This document shows positions 27,438-37,547 of a DNA stretch of 64,000 nucleotides, in pieces. Each line of letters opens with the position of its first letter. Within the stretch, counting starts at the first letter, position 1. A model generated the notes under the pieces. That model did not search any database. It saw nothing but the letters and a program-made list of their open reading frames with translations, and had not been told where the DNA came from. Source of the stretch: a candidate division FCPU426 bacterium. Its GTDB lineage: Bacteria > Oederibacteriota > PGYV01 > Palsa-1178. The DNA lies in the NCBI GenBank assembly GCA_963840035.1, contig CAWIXE010000002.1, positions 832,001-896,000 of the forward strand, given 5' to 3'. Made by a program: the position numbers and the translations under genes.

Positions 27438-30179
27438 TTATTTAAATATGATTTTTTTTAATTTAAGAGTGCCTTTTCCCTGGCTGCCCGGAATGGAAAT
27501 TTCTACAGAGCCAATGGACTGAAGGTCAAGAATATCATTGCCGTTCTGATTTCCCCAGTACATAAATGGCCTTATATCTGAAAGAGCTATAGTAACTATT
27601 TCCCATTTGCCTTTACCCGTATATTCGCCGGTAGTATATGTTTCGCCGTCAGCCCCGTTTTTACCCTGAAAAGAACCGCTTGAATCCTGATGTTTTGCTC
27701 CTGTCTCAACGAATTTCGCCACCCATATTATGTCTTTTGGAATAAACATCTCAAATTCAACCCTCTCATTGCCGTTCATATTGGCGCCGCCGGTTATGGT
27801 TTTTCCACCGAAATTTGGTAAAATGCTGATACCGCAGCCCCAGTCCTTACCGGTGTCAAAATCATATGTGACAGTTTGATCTTCATTTATGTATGGTTTA
27901 TTTTGAGCGCTTGAACCGTAAGAAGCGACAGACTCGCAATCGGCATTAAAGAAAACCCCGTTATTAATGCGTTTTCCTTTGCTGTAAGTTACCCTGTTAA
28001 CCAGAAAACTATAGGATGAAAAAGCGAGGGGGTTTTTGCCTTTCCAAATCGCGGGATTAGATGACATTATAAGTCCGCAATCGTTCATCATGCTTTTATA
28101 AGCAGTCGCTGTTTTTTTCGGGTATTTTTTTTCCAATACAGCGCACCAGTTCTGCTGTGCCTGCGTAAATCCTTCCGAAGCAGAAGCGGCCATTATCATA
28201 ACAAATATTTCTCTCCGGTAGGCCTTAAGCAGATAATCATAGTTTAAGAAAGGTTCTGTTGCGGTTTCAAAGAATTTATCTTTCATTTTTGCCGCATAAA
28301 GCATTTTCAGTTTTTTTGTAATTGCCGGGTTATAAAGGCCGTTGTCGCCGCGGCTTCTGTTAGCTATTATCCGGTCCAGAGTGTCATATGCCCTGATTTG
28401 CGCGCCGGAATTTTCGCTCTTATATATGACATTAAAAAGCGTATTAAAGGCCTCCTGCGCATTTGGGGCGTCAGGCTGGAATATTATCTCTTTAGCAAGC
28501 GTTTCAGCGGATTCATAGTCGTTTTCGGATTTTAATAAAAGTTTAAGGCGGAGAGTTTGCGCGCTGTATTTTGCGGGATTGTATGACGGAGCGGAGAGCG
28601 CAAAATCAAGGAGCTTTTTTGTTTCATTGTTTACCGTTCCGGAATCAGCTGTCATTAATTCGGCAAGATCGTAGGCGGCATAATAGGAATAATCATTTGT
28701 TTTTTCGGCAATGACGGATTTGAGAGTTATAATTGTATTTTCCATATCTCCGGAATCAAGGAGCGCGCATGCCTTTTTATAAAGGTACATGGACCTGTCT
28801 TCCGGAGTGATTGCCCTTCTTATGAGCTCATCATACGAGTCTACGGACTGTTTTATCCTTCCTTCAAGCCTGTAATTGTCAGCTGCGGTCAGCAGGTCCA
28901 GGTCCTTATAAAGTTTTCTGGTGTATATCTCGACTTTTTTAACCAGCATATTTCTTCCATAAAAGCCGAATTTAAATGTGCCGCCTTCGCCTTTTTTTAG
29001 TTTTTTTATCATTGCTTTCACAGGTTTACCCTGGTCGAGTTTAAATATAAGCACATCCCTGTCGTAAGTAATAATTATCCTGTGAACCGATCCGCTTCCC
29101 CGGAAAGGCTCAATCTTTGAAGCGGAGTCCTCCATTTTAAGGAGATGGTTTCCCGTGCCTGCGTTAAGAAGGGCAAATCCCGGCTGCAGTTCTATATAAC
29201 TGAAAAGCCCGTCCCACTCATAGTAAATTTTATGGCCGGACGCCGGATAATATGGCGTGACGGACTTCATGTCTGTTGCCGCCATGAAGTTCATGTAAGC
29301 GCTTTTTTTCTCGTTGCTCATTTTTAAATCAATGATTGCCATGAAGGGCTGTTTGGGCAGTTCCTTTCTTGGCCGTACGGGATTGTCATTGACAAGGAGC
29401 ATTTCCTTTTTTTTGTCGTCAAGTTCATAATCGTAACTGCGGATCCAGTTATTGTCAAACGCAGCTGTCGAATTCAGTTTTTCAGTTATCCAGGGAGTCC
29501 ATTTCTGCCTTTCAACAAGGTCGGCGGCATAAGGCTTCAAATAGATGAAGCCAAATACTATCACTGCCAGAGACGCCGCGAGTAATCCGCGTATGATTCC
29601 CTTTTTATATTTTTCTTTTCTGCGTTTATCCATGACAGCCCGGAAAACCTCATCCGTCGGATATATCCAGTATGCTTTGACAGGCTGCGGTATGTTCTTC
29701 AGGTTCAAAAGCCCTGTTTTTTCATGCCGTATGCCTTTTGGCATGGCAACAACATTAAAAAACTCCTCAGAAACACATATGCCGCCATGAGGCGCCTGGG
29801 ACTCAAGCCGGGATGCTATGTTTACATCATGGCCGAAAAGGTCGCTTCCCTTGCGCATGGCCTCGCCTGTATGAATGCCTATGCGTATGCGCTTTTGCCC
29901 TGCAAATTCTTTTTCCATCATACGCTGAATGGAAATGGCTGCGCCAAGCGCTTTCTCACATGATGCATATTCGGCCATGAATGAATCGCCGATAGTTTTA
30001 ACTACCCTGCCGGAGGAAGATTTAATTATTTTATTCAGGATGGCGTCATGTTTTCTGAGGAAATCCAGCGTCCCTGTCGGGTCCGCGCTCATCATGCGGC
30101 TGTAGCCGACAATGTCGGTGAACATTATTACGGCCGTGCCGGACGGATTTCCGGTTTTAGATGTGTTTTTTTTCCTCAC
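27438..30179 (-). CDS. Membrane-anchored class III adenylate/guanylate cyclase with TPR and putative carbohydrate-binding extracytoplasmic domains
   Basis: MFTDIVGYS, KTIGDSFMA, RIGIHTG, DLFGHDVNIASRLES, then a TM helix, TPR-like helices and a C-terminal W..V.I.LSD...LDL..I..V domain. Confidence 0.85.
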   Translation of the reverse strand: MRKKNTSKTGNPSGTAVIMFTDIVGYSRMMSADPTGTLDFLRKHDAILNKIIKSSSGRVVKTIGDSFMAEYASCEKALGAAISIQRMMEKEFAGQKRIRIGIHTGEAMRKGSDLFGHDVNIASRLESQAPHGGICVSEEFFNVVAMPKGIRHEKTGLLNLKNIPQPVKAYWIYPTDEVFRAVMDKRRKEKYKKGIIRGLLAASLAVIVFGFIYLKPYAADLVERQKWTPWITEKLNSTAAFDNNWIRSYDYELDDKKKEMLLVNDNPVRPRKELPKQPFMAIIDLKMSNEKKSAYMNFMAATDMKSVTPYYPASGHKIYYEWDGLFSYIELQPGFALLNAGTGNHLLKMEDSASKIEPFRGSGSVHRIIITYDRDVLIFKLDQGKPVKAMIKKLKKGEGGTFKFGFYGRNMLVKKVEIYTRKLYKDLDLLTAADNYRLEGRIKQSVDSYDELIRRAITPEDRSMYLYKKACALLDSGDMENTIITLKSVIAEKTNDYSYYAAYDLAELMTADSGTVNNETKKLLDFALSAPSYNPAKYSAQTLRLKLLLKSENDYESAETLAKEIIFQPDAPNAQEAFNTLFNVIYKSENSGAQIRAYDTLDRIIANRSRGDNGLYNPAITKKLKMLYAAKMKDKFFETATEPFLNYDYLLKAYRREIFVMIMAASASEGFTQAQQNWCAVLEKKYPKKTATAYKSMMNDCGLIMSSNPAIWKGKNPLAFSSYSFLVNRVTYSKGKRINNGVFFNADCESVASYGSSAQNKPYINEDQTVTYDFDTGKDWGCGISILPNFGGKTITGGANMNGNERVEFEMFIPKDIIWVAKFVETGAKHQDSSGSFQGKNGADGETYTTGEYTGKGKWEIVTIALSDIRPFMYWGNQNGNDILDLQSIGSVEISIPGSQGKGTLKLKKIIFK

Positions 30180-30369
30180 GCTGGCTCCTTTTATATTATG
30201 ATTAAATATTATAACATAAAAAAGACGCCTTACAGTTTTAATAATGCGGCGTTTTAATGGGGCATCCTGAAATGAGCGGTTTTGTCTTACTGCATGTTCA
30301 ACAAAATAGGCCGCTTTGCAAATTAAAAGCGTGTTTATGAAATTTGTGTGAGAATAATGCAGGCAAGTG

Positions 30370-31164
30370 TTAGCCGAGCTTTCGCAATACTCCGTTTATG
30401 GTCATGGGTTTTTTATCAACTATATCCACGGAACTCCACGCGTCCATCATGTATTTGTCAATATAAGCGTAAGGCAGATAACCATAGCCCTTGTCTCCCC
30501 ACTCTTCGCCCCAGCTGTTCTTGAATTTTACCATTTTCATCGCGTCATCATAACCCACCGGGCAGATGGCGTGGCCGCCTATTTCCCGTTCGCCGCGTTT
30601 TGGCATCGGCACTTTGCCTGTGCGGGTATTCATTATGCCTGAATAACAGATGATGCCGATAACGCAGGGGCCTTTATGCGCCAGGTTTAGTTTCAGCTCG
30701 TTTAAGTCGAGTATGCGGGCGTAGCTTAAAATCCTGTTCTTTTTAGCGTCCGCCAGGATCTTTCTGGAGGGCGCGTCAGGGCCGTTGTTATCATGGGGTT
30801 CATATCGCCAGTATTGTTCAAGGCACACACCAAGATTCTTCAAAACTTTCATTGCTATCCTTATCTGCGTTCCTTCGCTCTGCGGATGGCCGTCAAGTTT
30901 TTTGCACTCGTTGTAAACAAACCGCGGTGAGAGTTCGAGTGTCTTTTTATATTCGGATTTTTCCTGGTATTCCTTCATGCCCACGGTGGAAGCAAACCCG
31001 ACGCAGGTCCCTTCGTCGCCCTGGCTGCGCACCGGCGTCATTTTCCGGGTAAAATCGATTTTTTCAGGCAGTTTAATGAGCGGCAGATACGCCCTCATCA
31101 GATGGTCGCGGTCATCCCGCGTGTCTTTCTTAAGGCCGAACATTTTTCTGGTAATTTTAATCAT
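30370..31164 (-). CDS. C1A (papain-like) cysteine peptidase
   Basis: QGDEGTCVGF, GGHAICPVGY, KNSWGEEWGDKGYGYLPY. Confidence 0.92.
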   Translation of the reverse strand: MIKITRKMFGLKKDTRDDRDHLMRAYLPLIKLPEKIDFTRKMTPVRSQGDEGTCVGFASTVGMKEYQEKSEYKKTLELSPRFVYNECKKLDGHPQSEGTQIRIAMKVLKNLGVCLEQYWRYEPHDNNGPDAPSRKILADAKKNRILSYARILDLNELKLNLAHKGPCVIGIICYSGIMNTRTGKVPMPKRGEREIGGHAICPVGYDDAMKMVKFKNSWGEEWGDKGYGYLPYAYIDKYMMDAWSSVDIVDKKPMTINGVLRKLG

Positions 31165-31340
31165 AATCCCCCCTGTGTTTCAGCAAAATTTTGTTTTCCC
31201 CTTGTATTTGCGATTATAACAAAAAATGTCAAAAGGTCAATTGTTTACTCTTCATATGCGGATAAAATAACTTGATTTATCGGAATTTTAGCGTATAATT
31301 ACTACCAGTTAAGTAGCATTTAAAACCGATGGAGGTTTTC

Positions 31341-32072
31341 ATGAAAAAACACGCAAATGTTTTTGCCGCCCTTATACTTACTCTGCTATTGATATCCTGC
31401 AAAGGCGAAACCGGAGCGACAGGCCCCTCAGGCGCGCCCGGTACCACTTTCCTTGCCCAGTTCCAGAATGGTTCCCTGCCCACTACGGCATACGGCGTGC
31501 AGGACACTTATATTAACGAGGCCAGCCCCGCGTTATCATACGGCGGATGCGATGCGCTTTATGTCGGAAAAGTATCCGGCAATTCACGGCATGCGCTTCT
31601 GCTTTTCGGGTTGACCAGCATACCCGCCGGCGCAAAAGTGACAAAAGCATTCCTCACTGTCACTCCTTGGGCTATCGGGCTGACAGCGACAATCGCAAAT
31701 GTATACGCCTGCACTGATTACTGGTTTATGGGATACGGCGGATGCTCCGGCGGGACGAAGAGTTATTCGTTTGACGCCGCGTGGGACGGCCCGTGGGCTG
31801 CGCCGGGCGGCGACAGGTCCCAGCCGTTAAGCGCGGCGGTAACGGTGTCCGGAACCATGTCAACAAGGTCGGTCACATTTGAGCTGAATAAGACCATAGT
31901 TCAGAGGTGGATTGATAAGGGTATAGTTTACGGCGACGCGCAGTCAAACCTCGGTATTATGTTAGCCCCGGTCGACGACTCAGCCACGGTATCATATTTC
32001 ACCATATACGGCAGCGCCAGCGGCACAAACCCGGAATACAGGCCGCTGCTTTCGGTTTATTATACGCTGTAA
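31341..32072 (+). CDS. Lipoprotein with a short collagen-like segment and DNRLRE-like domain
   Basis: LISC lipobox, GETGATGPSGAPG, QDTYI, R.LL.F.L..IP.GA.V..A.L, RP.L.V.Y. Start at MKKHAN. Confidence 0.75.
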   Translation: MKKHANVFAALILTLLLISCKGETGATGPSGAPGTTFLAQFQNGSLPTTAYGVQDTYINEASPALSYGGCDALYVGKVSGNSRHALLLFGLTSIPAGAKVTKAFLTVTPWAIGLTATIANVYACTDYWFMGYGGCSGGTKSYSFDAAWDGPWAAPGGDRSQPLSAAVTVSGTMSTRSVTFELNKTIVQRWIDKGIVYGDAQSNLGIMLAPVDDSATVSYFTIYGSASGTNPEYRPLLSVYYTL

Positions 32073-32144
32073 AAAAAACTAATTTCTGATAAAGTCATAC
32101 AATACGCGCAAAGTTCCGTGTGTTGGTTTAAATTGGAAATTGTC

Positions 32145-33500
32145 TTATTGCACATCCACCGTATTACTCCCCGCCGGCAGTGCCGGAGTTCCCGTGTCCG
32201 TCATGTAAACCGTGTGGGTTCCCGTTGCCGAAAACAGCATAATAAAAGAGCCATACCCGTGTGAGACTGACACATTGTGCGGCAGCGGGTATCCGTCAAT
32301 TGTGGCTCCTGCGTCAGTGGATGTGACCCTGTATTCTGTTGAAGCCGAATAGACGCTGTGGTCAAAAGAATCCCTCACACTGTAATACACTGATATCTGT
32401 TCCCCGAGTGTAATGACAGAAGGCGCAGGCGTTATGTTTAAATGGTCAGCCGCGCCGTATATGCCTATTGGCGGAGTCGTGTGATCTGAGAATCCGGAAC
32501 GCGAGGCGGTAAAATCATGATAACCTGCCGCGGTGTTTGTATATAATGCTGCTGCGCTGCCTGTATATGCGCCTGCTGTTACTGTAACATAAACGCCTGA
32601 GGAACACAGTACTCCGTCTATAACCGCGAGCGGGTCTGACGACGATATCAGGGGATAATTCACGGCGGAATTTGTAACCCTGTTATAATAGTCGTCAACT
32701 AAAAGCAGCGTAAGCCCGAAAAGGCCGCCCTCTTTTTCAGGACGAGGCACGCCGACATAACCATAGTCCGTCATCACCGTGCCCGGGGCGCGGCCCGGCA
32801 TGTGCGTCATGCCTTCCACAAGCATGAGCATCTTTGCGGGGTAACCTGAAGTAATTCTAAAACCGTTGCTTACGCCTGTTATAAGGCCATACATTAAATT
32901 TATAGTTTCCATATCAGAAGAGGCCCTGTACATTGTGACATTCATCTGCGTGAAACCATTTGTGAAAAAAGTTGTCCTGTCCGGAAAAATACAGTATTCA
33001 GACTGGCTGTAGTCGTTGCTCGCCTGAAGTCCTGCCAAGGCGCCTGTTAAGCCGCAGGCTATGGTTGTCTCCCCTGCGTCAGCCCACGCTGTTATGGAAA
33101 CGGAAAACGGAACACCGGCAACCTGGTCCACAATCCCCGCTCCGCCGGGAGCTTTTATGGTGAAGTGGTCAACAAGTTTTATGGTTGCTGTGGCCGTAGC
33201 GGTGGCCGTAGGTGAAACCGTACAGGTATCCGTAATGGTCCCTGTCGCTGTACGTGTAATGGTTATGGTTTTTGTGGGTGAAGCGGTTGCTGTGTCCGTG
33301 ATTGTCTGCGATGCGGTATATGTCGCGGTAACAGTGGCTGTCGCCTGAGGCGTTTGCGTGGATGTCATGGTGTTTGTGGCTGTGTTTGATAAAACAGGCC
33401 CTGTAGGCACGGCTTTCTTATGGCATCCGTTTAGCACAAGAATCACTGCAGACACCGCCAATAAACCTTTGAATAATCTCAAATACCCCACGTCACACAA
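32145..33500 (-). CDS. Lipoprotein with a Thr-rich spacer and Ig-like domains
   Basis: LNGC lipobox, long (T-x)n tract, AGVPFSV.ITA. Confidence 0.7.
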   Translation of the reverse strand: MCDVGYLRLFKGLLAVSAVILVLNGCHKKAVPTGPVLSNTATNTMTSTQTPQATATVTATYTASQTITDTATASPTKTITITRTATGTITDTCTVSPTATATATATIKLVDHFTIKAPGGAGIVDQVAGVPFSVSITAWADAGETTIACGLTGALAGLQASNDYSQSEYCIFPDRTTFFTNGFTQMNVTMYRASSDMETINLMYGLITGVSNGFRITSGYPAKMLMLVEGMTHMPGRAPGTVMTDYGYVGVPRPEKEGGLFGLTLLLVDDYYNRVTNSAVNYPLISSSDPLAVIDGVLCSSGVYVTVTAGAYTGSAAALYTNTAAGYHDFTASRSGFSDHTTPPIGIYGAADHLNITPAPSVITLGEQISVYYSVRDSFDHSVYSASTEYRVTSTDAGATIDGYPLPHNVSVSHGYGSFIMLFSATGTHTVYMTDTGTPALPAGSNTVDVQ

Positions 33501-33530
33501 CTCCTCTAAAACATAATTATATTATATTTT

Positions 33531-33570
33531 GTTCAGGTAGCCGCAGCCATCATGCGGCGGCTACCTGAAC
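33531..33570. terminator. Strong hairpin, possible terminator
   Basis: GTTCAGGTAGCCGC / GCGGCTACCTGAAC, a perfect 14-bp stem downstream of the 33600 gene. Confidence 0.55.
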
Positions 33571-33599
33571 GAGTTCAATTAAAAATTTGAAATAAGAAA

Positions 33600-34784
33600 T
33601 TAGAAATAAAAGAGCAGTTTCGGCACTACCATGCACGGCACAAAGTCATAAACAGCCAGTTCCGCCTCGAGCATCAGGTCAAATTGCGTGTCCAGGGAGA
33701 AACGCATGCCCGCGCCGATGTTTGTCATTTTATAAACCTTGAAGAAATTTGCCATCTCGCGCTGGGTGGACATATCCAGGGCAATGCCGAGCCTCGCCAT
33801 TATGTACGGGCTTACGGTACCGTCAAAGAAGTAATAATTCGCCCCTGCGGTGATAGGCACATCTATGCTGCCGATGGATACGCCATTGCCGAAGTCGCTT
33901 GATGGAAATGAGAAAAACTGGGGGCTTACCATTATTCGCGCGCCTATGTCAGCGATGAAGTTCCTGCTGAACTGGTAGCCAAAGCGCGATTCTATGTTAA
34001 TGAACCCGGACGTGCCGTTTAAGGCCACTGAGTATCCCGCGGCAAACGCTTTCCTGACTCCTGAATTAAGGAAATAATCAGCCTCTGTCGGCTGCACGAG
34101 TTCTTTTTCAGGGGCGTCTTTGGCAAGGGCCTTTACAAGGCTTATGCCGTTAAAGTTTTTCTTGAAGTTTTCTTCGGCCTTCTTTAAATTATCAACCACT
34201 TCTATCTTTGTTATTTTGTTGAATTCATCCCTGTATACGGTTATATCGCCTATATATACCGCCCTTCCTGCCGCGCCGGTTTCTATCTTGTAATTTAACG
34301 GCACGTATTCAAATTTAGTGTTCAACTGTTGGGTCGGAGGGGAGGTCTGCATTACCATCTGTCCGCCCATGTTAACCCACGTTGTCGTGCCGGGGACTGT
34401 TATCCAGTAATATTTTGTGCATACTGCGCCTGATAGAAAGTAAACCGGCTCGCCGGCCGTGAATACGGCGTAAAATTGCTCGCCCATTTTCGCGTTGATA
34501 CGGCCTTCCCATTCCCTGCCGGTCAAAGCCTGTGTCTTCGCGCCGTTTACTTTTTTATATATCCTGCCGTTTAACAGGACCATTATATTCCTGTAATCGT
34601 CGGCTCCGGCGCCCGTTAAATCCTGCTCAGCGTCGGTAAAAGGAGGCAATACTGTTATTTTTCCCGTGACTATGACTTCCCCCTGCCCCAGGTCCGCGTT
34701 ACTTGCGGCCATCTTGCGTCCGGGCGAAGCGCACGAACAAAACAAAAAAATGAGTACGGTTAAAGCCGCAAAAGTTCTCTTCAT
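33600..34784 (-). CDS. Lipoprotein with C-terminal outer-membrane beta-barrel-like domain
   Basis: FCSC lipobox. C-terminal amphipathic strands (VPITAGANYYF, SPY..ARLG) ending in F. Confidence 0.6.
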   Translation of the reverse strand: MKRTFAALTVLIFLFCSCASPGRKMAASNADLGQGEVIVTGKITVLPPFTDAEQDLTGAGADDYRNIMVLLNGRIYKKVNGAKTQALTGREWEGRINAKMGEQFYAVFTAGEPVYFLSGAVCTKYYWITVPGTTTWVNMGGQMVMQTSPPTQQLNTKFEYVPLNYKIETGAAGRAVYIGDITVYRDEFNKITKIEVVDNLKKAEENFKKNFNGISLVKALAKDAPEKELVQPTEADYFLNSGVRKAFAAGYSVALNGTSGFINIESRFGYQFSRNFIADIGARIMVSPQFFSFPSSDFGNGVSIGSIDVPITAGANYYFFDGTVSPYIMARLGIALDMSTQREMANFFKVYKMTNIGAGMRFSLDTQFDLMLEAELAVYDFVPCMVVPKLLFYF

Positions 34785-35308
34785 TGGTTTTCCTCCAGAG
34801 TTTTTAGTCTTTCGTTTAATATTTTTTCCCAGCGGCTCCCCTTTGCGAAAAACGCCGCTTTTTTTAATACTTCAGCCTCATCAGGCGCGTCAATTTTCTC
34901 CAGGCTGTACTCTTTATTTATAAATCCTTTGCTTATTACTTTAAAAGAACCCAAAAAATACGCGCCTGGTTTTTCCAGGTGGAAACCCGGGGCAGACCAT
35001 CCCAGGTCCACAGGTTCCATGGAGTTGCCGAAGCTCCCCAGCTGATAAGCGCCTTTGCGCAGGTTGCCCTGTATGAATACGCCGTTTACCGTCCAGCAGG
35101 CGTATGTGTAATGCTGGTCTTTGGGCGTTACCTGAATCAGGTCCACCCATTCCGGCGAGTTTACATTTCCCTGTACGAATCCGTAAGCGAATACATTCTC
35201 TTCAGGATTCCCACGGATGTAATCCTTAAGCGACGAGCATCCGGATGTGGAAAACAGGATTATAAAAAGAAAAAGAAATAACACAATGTTTTTTACGGAG
35301 CTTTTCAC
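34781..35308 (-). CDS. Hypothetical lipoprotein
   Basis: TSGC lipobox. Overlaps the downstream gene by 4 nt. Confidence 0.65.
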   Translation of the reverse strand: MKSSVKNIVLFLFLFIILFSTSGCSSLKDYIRGNPEENVFAYGFVQGNVNSPEWVDLIQVTPKDQHYTYACWTVNGVFIQGNLRKGAYQLGSFGNSMEPVDLGWSAPGFHLEKPGAYFLGSFKVISKGFINKEYSLEKIDAPDEAEVLKKAAFFAKGSRWEKILNERLKTLEENQ

Positions 35309-35484
35309 GAACCCTCCCAGGTTTGTAATAACCGGAATATTATAACAGAAAAAATGATCAACAGTTATGATATGAACGTTATTTTAGACCGCAGTTTTAC
35401 TTCAAACAACAAAAACATTAATATGATTGTTAATCCGGCATTCATTATAAACTTAATGCGCGGGTATGTAATTATGGAAGAATA

Positions 35485-36399
35485 TTATTTCAAAATATAC
35501 CTGCGCTCATCACATTCGGTATTTAAAGTGCCTGCGGGGTCCGTCCCCGGAAAAATACCCGGTCCGGCGGATCCCAATTGTATCACGTAACACCAGGTAT
35601 TATAGTAACCGCTGAGTGTGTATATGGCCGGGTTGACCGGAAAAGGGCTGGCCGGATTCATGTTCGTTGATGAGTTAAAAACCTGGGCTGACAGCGGGTC
35701 ATAAATGGTAACATCGAGCCTCGGGGTAATGCTTCCTAATACTACAGAAAGCCCGTCATCCTGCATTGCGGGCATGCTGGGCATCTGGTTTGTTCCCGAA
35801 AAAGTCATGTCCCCTATGGTTACATTCACGGTGTAATTTGCTTCAGGCACAAGATTAGTATAGGTAGTCAGGGCGTATTCAGATCCCCAGTAAGAACCTG
35901 AATAACCCAAATAATTTATAGTGTAAGTTTCCACAGGCACATCTGTTTTCACCACAACAACTGTAGCGTCAGGTACCGGGGTTCCATTCTGGGATACATA
36001 TATGGATATATATGAAGCGTCGCCTTTAATATAGCGCAATGAAGCCCCGATCCTGGGTGTACCCAGTGGCGTGGGTGTGATGGTTACAGTGGCGGTTGGG
36101 GTGGCGGTTTGTGTGTGTGTCGGTGAATCCGTAATGGTGCCGGTCATGGTTACGGAAGGAGTTGTGGTAAGGGTTACTGTGTCAGTGGGCGTGCTGGTAT
36201 TTGTGCCGGTAGCAGTCACGGTATTAGTTGCGGTGGCTGTGTTTTCCGGGGTGTCGGTTGATGTGACGGTGCTTGTGGCGGTGCGCGTTGGCGCGGAAGG
36301 CTCCGGCGCTGCCGGCGAATTATTTTTTTTACATCCCGGGACAAATAAAGCGGCAATAAACATCGCGCAAACCGAAACAATTAATAATGCGTTTTTCAT
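35485..36399 (-). CDS. Lipoprotein with a Thr-rich spacer
   Basis: VPGC-KKNNSP, (T-x)n tract, beta-rich C-terminus. Confidence 0.75.
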   Translation of the reverse strand: MKNALLIVSVCAMFIAALFVPGCKKNNSPAAPEPSAPTRTATSTVTSTDTPENTATATNTVTATGTNTSTPTDTVTLTTTPSVTMTGTITDSPTHTQTATPTATVTITPTPLGTPRIGASLRYIKGDASYISIYVSQNGTPVPDATVVVVKTDVPVETYTINYLGYSGSYWGSEYALTTYTNLVPEANYTVNVTIGDMTFSGTNQMPSMPAMQDDGLSVVLGSITPRLDVTIYDPLSAQVFNSSTNMNPASPFPVNPAIYTLSGYYNTWCYVIQLGSAGPGIFPGTDPAGTLNTECDERRYILK

Positions 36400-36476
36400 A
36401 AACCCTCCACCCGTTAATTTTAACTTGTAGGATTATATTACTTTTGGATTGTTATTGCAATGTATAAATGCCGGAT

Positions 36477-36678
36477 GTTATTGTAAATAATAGTGTGTAA
36501 ACTCACTTTGGCCTTTAAATATCTTTGTTTTCATTAGAAGCGGCTTTCACCCCTCTCCTCTTAGGAGAGGGGCAGGGGTGAGGTGAAACCAATTGTCTTA
36601 TTCCCCTCACCCTACCCTCTCCCAAATGGGAGAGGGATAAAAGAACAAATCAATTTACACACAATTAATGACAGTATC
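36477..36678. mobile_element. 202-bp MITE, copy 2 (IS256-like ends, 9-bp TSD)
   Basis: Ends GTTATTGTAAATAATAGTGTGTAAACT / AATTTACACACAATTAATGACAGTATC. Flanked by ATGCCGGAT at 36468-36476 and 36679-36687. Core nearly identical to copy 1. Confidence 0.9.
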
Positions 36679-36769
36679 ATGCCGGATCGGGAACAGAACC
36701 TCCCTGAGTCATGTACCGCGACCGACTTGTCTTTATCAGGTTTTAACTGTATGATGTAGCTATAAAATT

Positions 36770-37441
36770 TTGAAGGTGCAATCAATGTCAAAAAAGTGGA
36801 CTACAGCGCAAAACAGCGTCATTACCCTCACGGTTTCAGGCCGCAACAACGTATATCTGGTTGAATCAAGCCCGGTTATCATGTTGGTTGACGCCGGCAT
36901 GGGATACATGTATGACAACCTTCTTTCAAAGATAAATAAATCCGGGGTGAAGCCTTCAATTATCGCCATAACGCACGCCCACTTTGACCATGCTGAAAAC
37001 ACAGAAAGGCTTAAGGCGTATTTTATGGCGAAAGTACTGGTCCACAAAGCCGAAGCCCCTCATCTTGCGTCGGGTGTCAACCCCGAAGACGAGCCTGTCG
37101 CGGGAACATTTACAATCGAAGGCGAAAATTATCCGCCTGTTACGGCTGATTTGATCGTTGAAGACGGGTACAAACCCGGCGGAGGAATTGTTATATTGCA
37201 TACACCGGGTCATACGCCCGGGTCAATAAGTGTTGTTATTGATAATGAGATAGCCATTGTCGGCGACTCCATGTTCAGCGTCAAGCCTGGCCAGGCTATG
37301 GTGCCTTATGTAATGGACAGAAAGAGGCTGTTAAAAAGCTGGGAAAAATTATTTATGACCGGTTGCTCCCTGTTCCTGCCGGCCCATGGAAGGCCGGTCT
37401 CAAGAAAAACCGCCGAAGAAGAATATGAGAGATATATTTAA
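36770..37441 (+). CDS. MBL-fold metallo-hydrolase
   Basis: LVDAG, THAHFDH, HTPGHTPGS, GD, PAHG. Confidence 0.9.
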   Translation: MKVQSMSKKWTTAQNSVITLTVSGRNNVYLVESSPVIMLVDAGMGYMYDNLLSKINKSGVKPSIIAITHAHFDHAENTERLKAYFMAKVLVHKAEAPHLASGVNPEDEPVAGTFTIEGENYPPVTADLIVEDGYKPGGGIVILHTPGHTPGSISVVIDNEIAIVGDSMFSVKPGQAMVPYVMDRKRLLKSWEKLFMTGCSLFLPAHGRPVSRKTAEEEYERYI

Positions 37442-37498
37442 TTCAATTATGCCATGATGATAAATCTGAAATTGACAACAGCGGAATATTTGTAAATA

Positions 37499-37542
37499 AA
37501 AAAGCGCGGAATTACCGGCAATATGGTAATTCCGCGCTTTTT
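37499..37542. terminator. Bidirectional intrinsic terminator
   Basis: AAAAAGCGCGGAATTACC / GGTAATTCCGCGCTTTTT between convergent genes. Confidence 0.85.
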
Positions 37543-37547
37543 ATATT

